From NCBI RefSeq assembly GCF_059719365.1, contig NZ_AP045814.1: a DNA stretch of 24,000 bases, one strand, 5' to 3'. Below, one piece after another: positions 22,445-24,000 of the stretch; within the stretch, counting starts at the first letter, position 1; every line of letters starts with the position of its first letter. Under the pieces are notes generated by a model. That model saw only the letters and a list, made by a program, of their open reading frames with translations, did no database searches and was not told the origin of the DNA. A program made the position numbers and the translations under genes.

Positions 22445-22458
22445 GGTCTGTCAAATTA

Positions 22459-22484
22459 AAAAGGCGGATTATGAGTCCGCCTTT
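22459..22484. terminator. Terminator between convergent ybiR and ldtB, likely bidirectional
   Basis: AAAGGCGGA ttatgag TCCGCCTTT stem flanked by A-rich and T-rich sequence. Confidence 0.8.
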
Positions 22485-22501
22485 GCTTTACGTTTTGAAG
22501 A

Positions 22502-23422
22502 TTAATTCAGACGAACCGGCATCCCGGAACGATTTTTGATCGCTTCATCCAGAACAACCTGGTCAACATCTGGCTGACCGGTCACTGTCTGCACGCTCTT
22601 CGTCAGGGTAATTGGCACAATTTCCTGACCTTCAAACTGGGCTTCGGTTGTAGACAGCGGGTTATGGACTTCAATATAACGGCTGCCGTCTGGCTCGGTG
22701 GTCGCTTTTACCGGCTCATCAATAAACTGTACGCGGGTACCGACCGGTACTTTCTCGAACAGGAATTTGATGTCTTCGTTACGCAGACGCACACAACCAT
22801 GACTTACACGCAGGCCGATACCGAAGTTGGCGTTGGTGCCATGGATAGCGTACAGGCGACCGATGTAGAGTGCATACAGCCCCATCGGGTTATCCGGACC
22901 AGCCGGAACGACCGCCGGAAGCGGTTCGCCCGCAGCGCGGTACTCTGCGTGCATTTTAGCGGTCGGCGTCCAGGTCGGGCCTGCTTTTTTACGCTCAACT
23001 TTGGTGGTCCAGTTGATAGGCGTGTCTTTGCCTAACTGACCAATGCCGATCGGCAGCACGATAACGGTGTTGGTCCCTTTCGGATAGTAATACAGACGCA
23101 TCTCTGCACTGTTAATGACGATGCCTTCATGAACGGTATCCGGCAGGATCAGCTGCTGCGGAATGTTCAGTACAGTACCGCCTTTCGGCAGGAAGGTATC
23201 CACACCCGGGTTCGCTTCCATCATATTGGAAAGTCCCATCTGGTACTCGGCGGCAAAATACTCCAGCGGCTGAGTGTTACCTTCAGGAATGGTGATCACC
23301 TGATTCTGACCAACCAGGCGACTCCCGTCGGTTGGCAGAGGATAAGTTACCGCAGAGGCGGTACTGCAAAAGCCGACAACAGCGAAGGCCGCTGCGAATA
23401 ATGTTTTCAATTTCATATTCAT
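22502..23422 (-). CDS. ldtB: L,D-transpeptidase LdtB (YbiS), Braun lipoprotein-peptidoglycan crosslinking
   Basis: 306 aa; signal peptide, LysM-like region, and YkuD catalytic motif [21 protein letters not shown]. Confidence 0.96.
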
Positions 23423-23640
23423 GTTAAGCGAGATTTTGTGCCTGGCAGGCCATTGGGTTGAGAATATTAGAGTATTGGAAGCGCATTATAAGTTCATTCC
23501 AGCTCACAGTGAAATCAGATGTGTACGAAATCACATTTTTTGCCTTTGGCTTGAGTGTAGACCTTAAGCGAGGAGCAGGATCTTCTTTCAGACTTATGGC
23601 ATAATGCGCGGTTTGTCATATCTCTTTTCAGGATACGCCT

Positions 23641-24000
23641 GTGTTAGTTTCCAGTAACGTCACCATGCAGTTCGGCAGTAAGCCGTTGTTTGAAAACATT
23701 TCCGTCAAATTCGGCGGCGGCAACCGTTACGGCCTGATTGGCGCGAACGGTAGTGGTAAATCCACCTTTATGAAGATCCTCGGCGGCGACTTAGAGCCGA
23801 CGTTGGGTAACGTTTCCCTCGATCCCAATGAGCGCATTGGTAAGCTGCGTCAGGATCAGTTTGCCTTTGAAGAGTTCACTGTGCTGGATACGGTGATCAT
23901 GGGGCATAAAGAGTTGTGGGAAGTGAAGCAGGAACGTGACCGCATCTATGCTTTGCCGGAAATGAGTGAAGAAGACGGCTATAAAGTGGCCGATCTGGAA
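23641..24000 (+). CDS. ybiT: ABC-F family ATPase YbiT, N-terminal part (continues past window)
   Basis: GTG start; [53 protein letters not shown]...YKVADLE with Walker [10 protein letters not shown]; frame open to 24000. Confidence 0.95.
   Translation, partial: MLVSSNVTMQFGSKPLFENISVKFGGGNRYGLIGANGSGKSTFMKILGGDLEPTLGNVSLDPNERIGKLRQDQFAFEEFTVLDTVIMGHKELWEVKQERDRIYALPEMSEEDGYKVADLE

Overview
This window looks like ordinary Escherichia coli core chromosome (the rhlE-dinG-fiu-glnHPQ-dps-ompX-mntR-ybiT neighbourhood), identified from recalled protein families and conserved gene order. Gene order: 3' end of rhlE (+); truncated ybiA remnant (-); dinG (+) with LexA box; ybiB (+); ybiC (+); ybiJ (-); ybiI (-); ybiX (-); fiu (-) with Fur box; mcbA (-); rlmF (+); ybiO (-); glnQ, glnP, glnH (-); dps (-); rhtA (-); ompX (+); ybiP/opgE (-); mntS small ORF/RybA locus (-); mntR (+); ybiR (+); ldtB/ybiS (-); 5' end of ybiT (+). 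I found no mobile element, CRISPR array, phage module, defence island or other novel multigene system. The most notable points are: (1) ybiA seems to have lost its N-terminal ~60%, leaving a 64-codon remnant next to the dinG promoter; (2) the 42-aa mntS ORF is absent from the supplied ORF track but clearly readable with an upstream MntR-like palindrome; (3) several structured intergenic elements, including a perfect 28-bp palindrome after rhtA, a stem-loop between glnH and glnP, and REP/BIME units.
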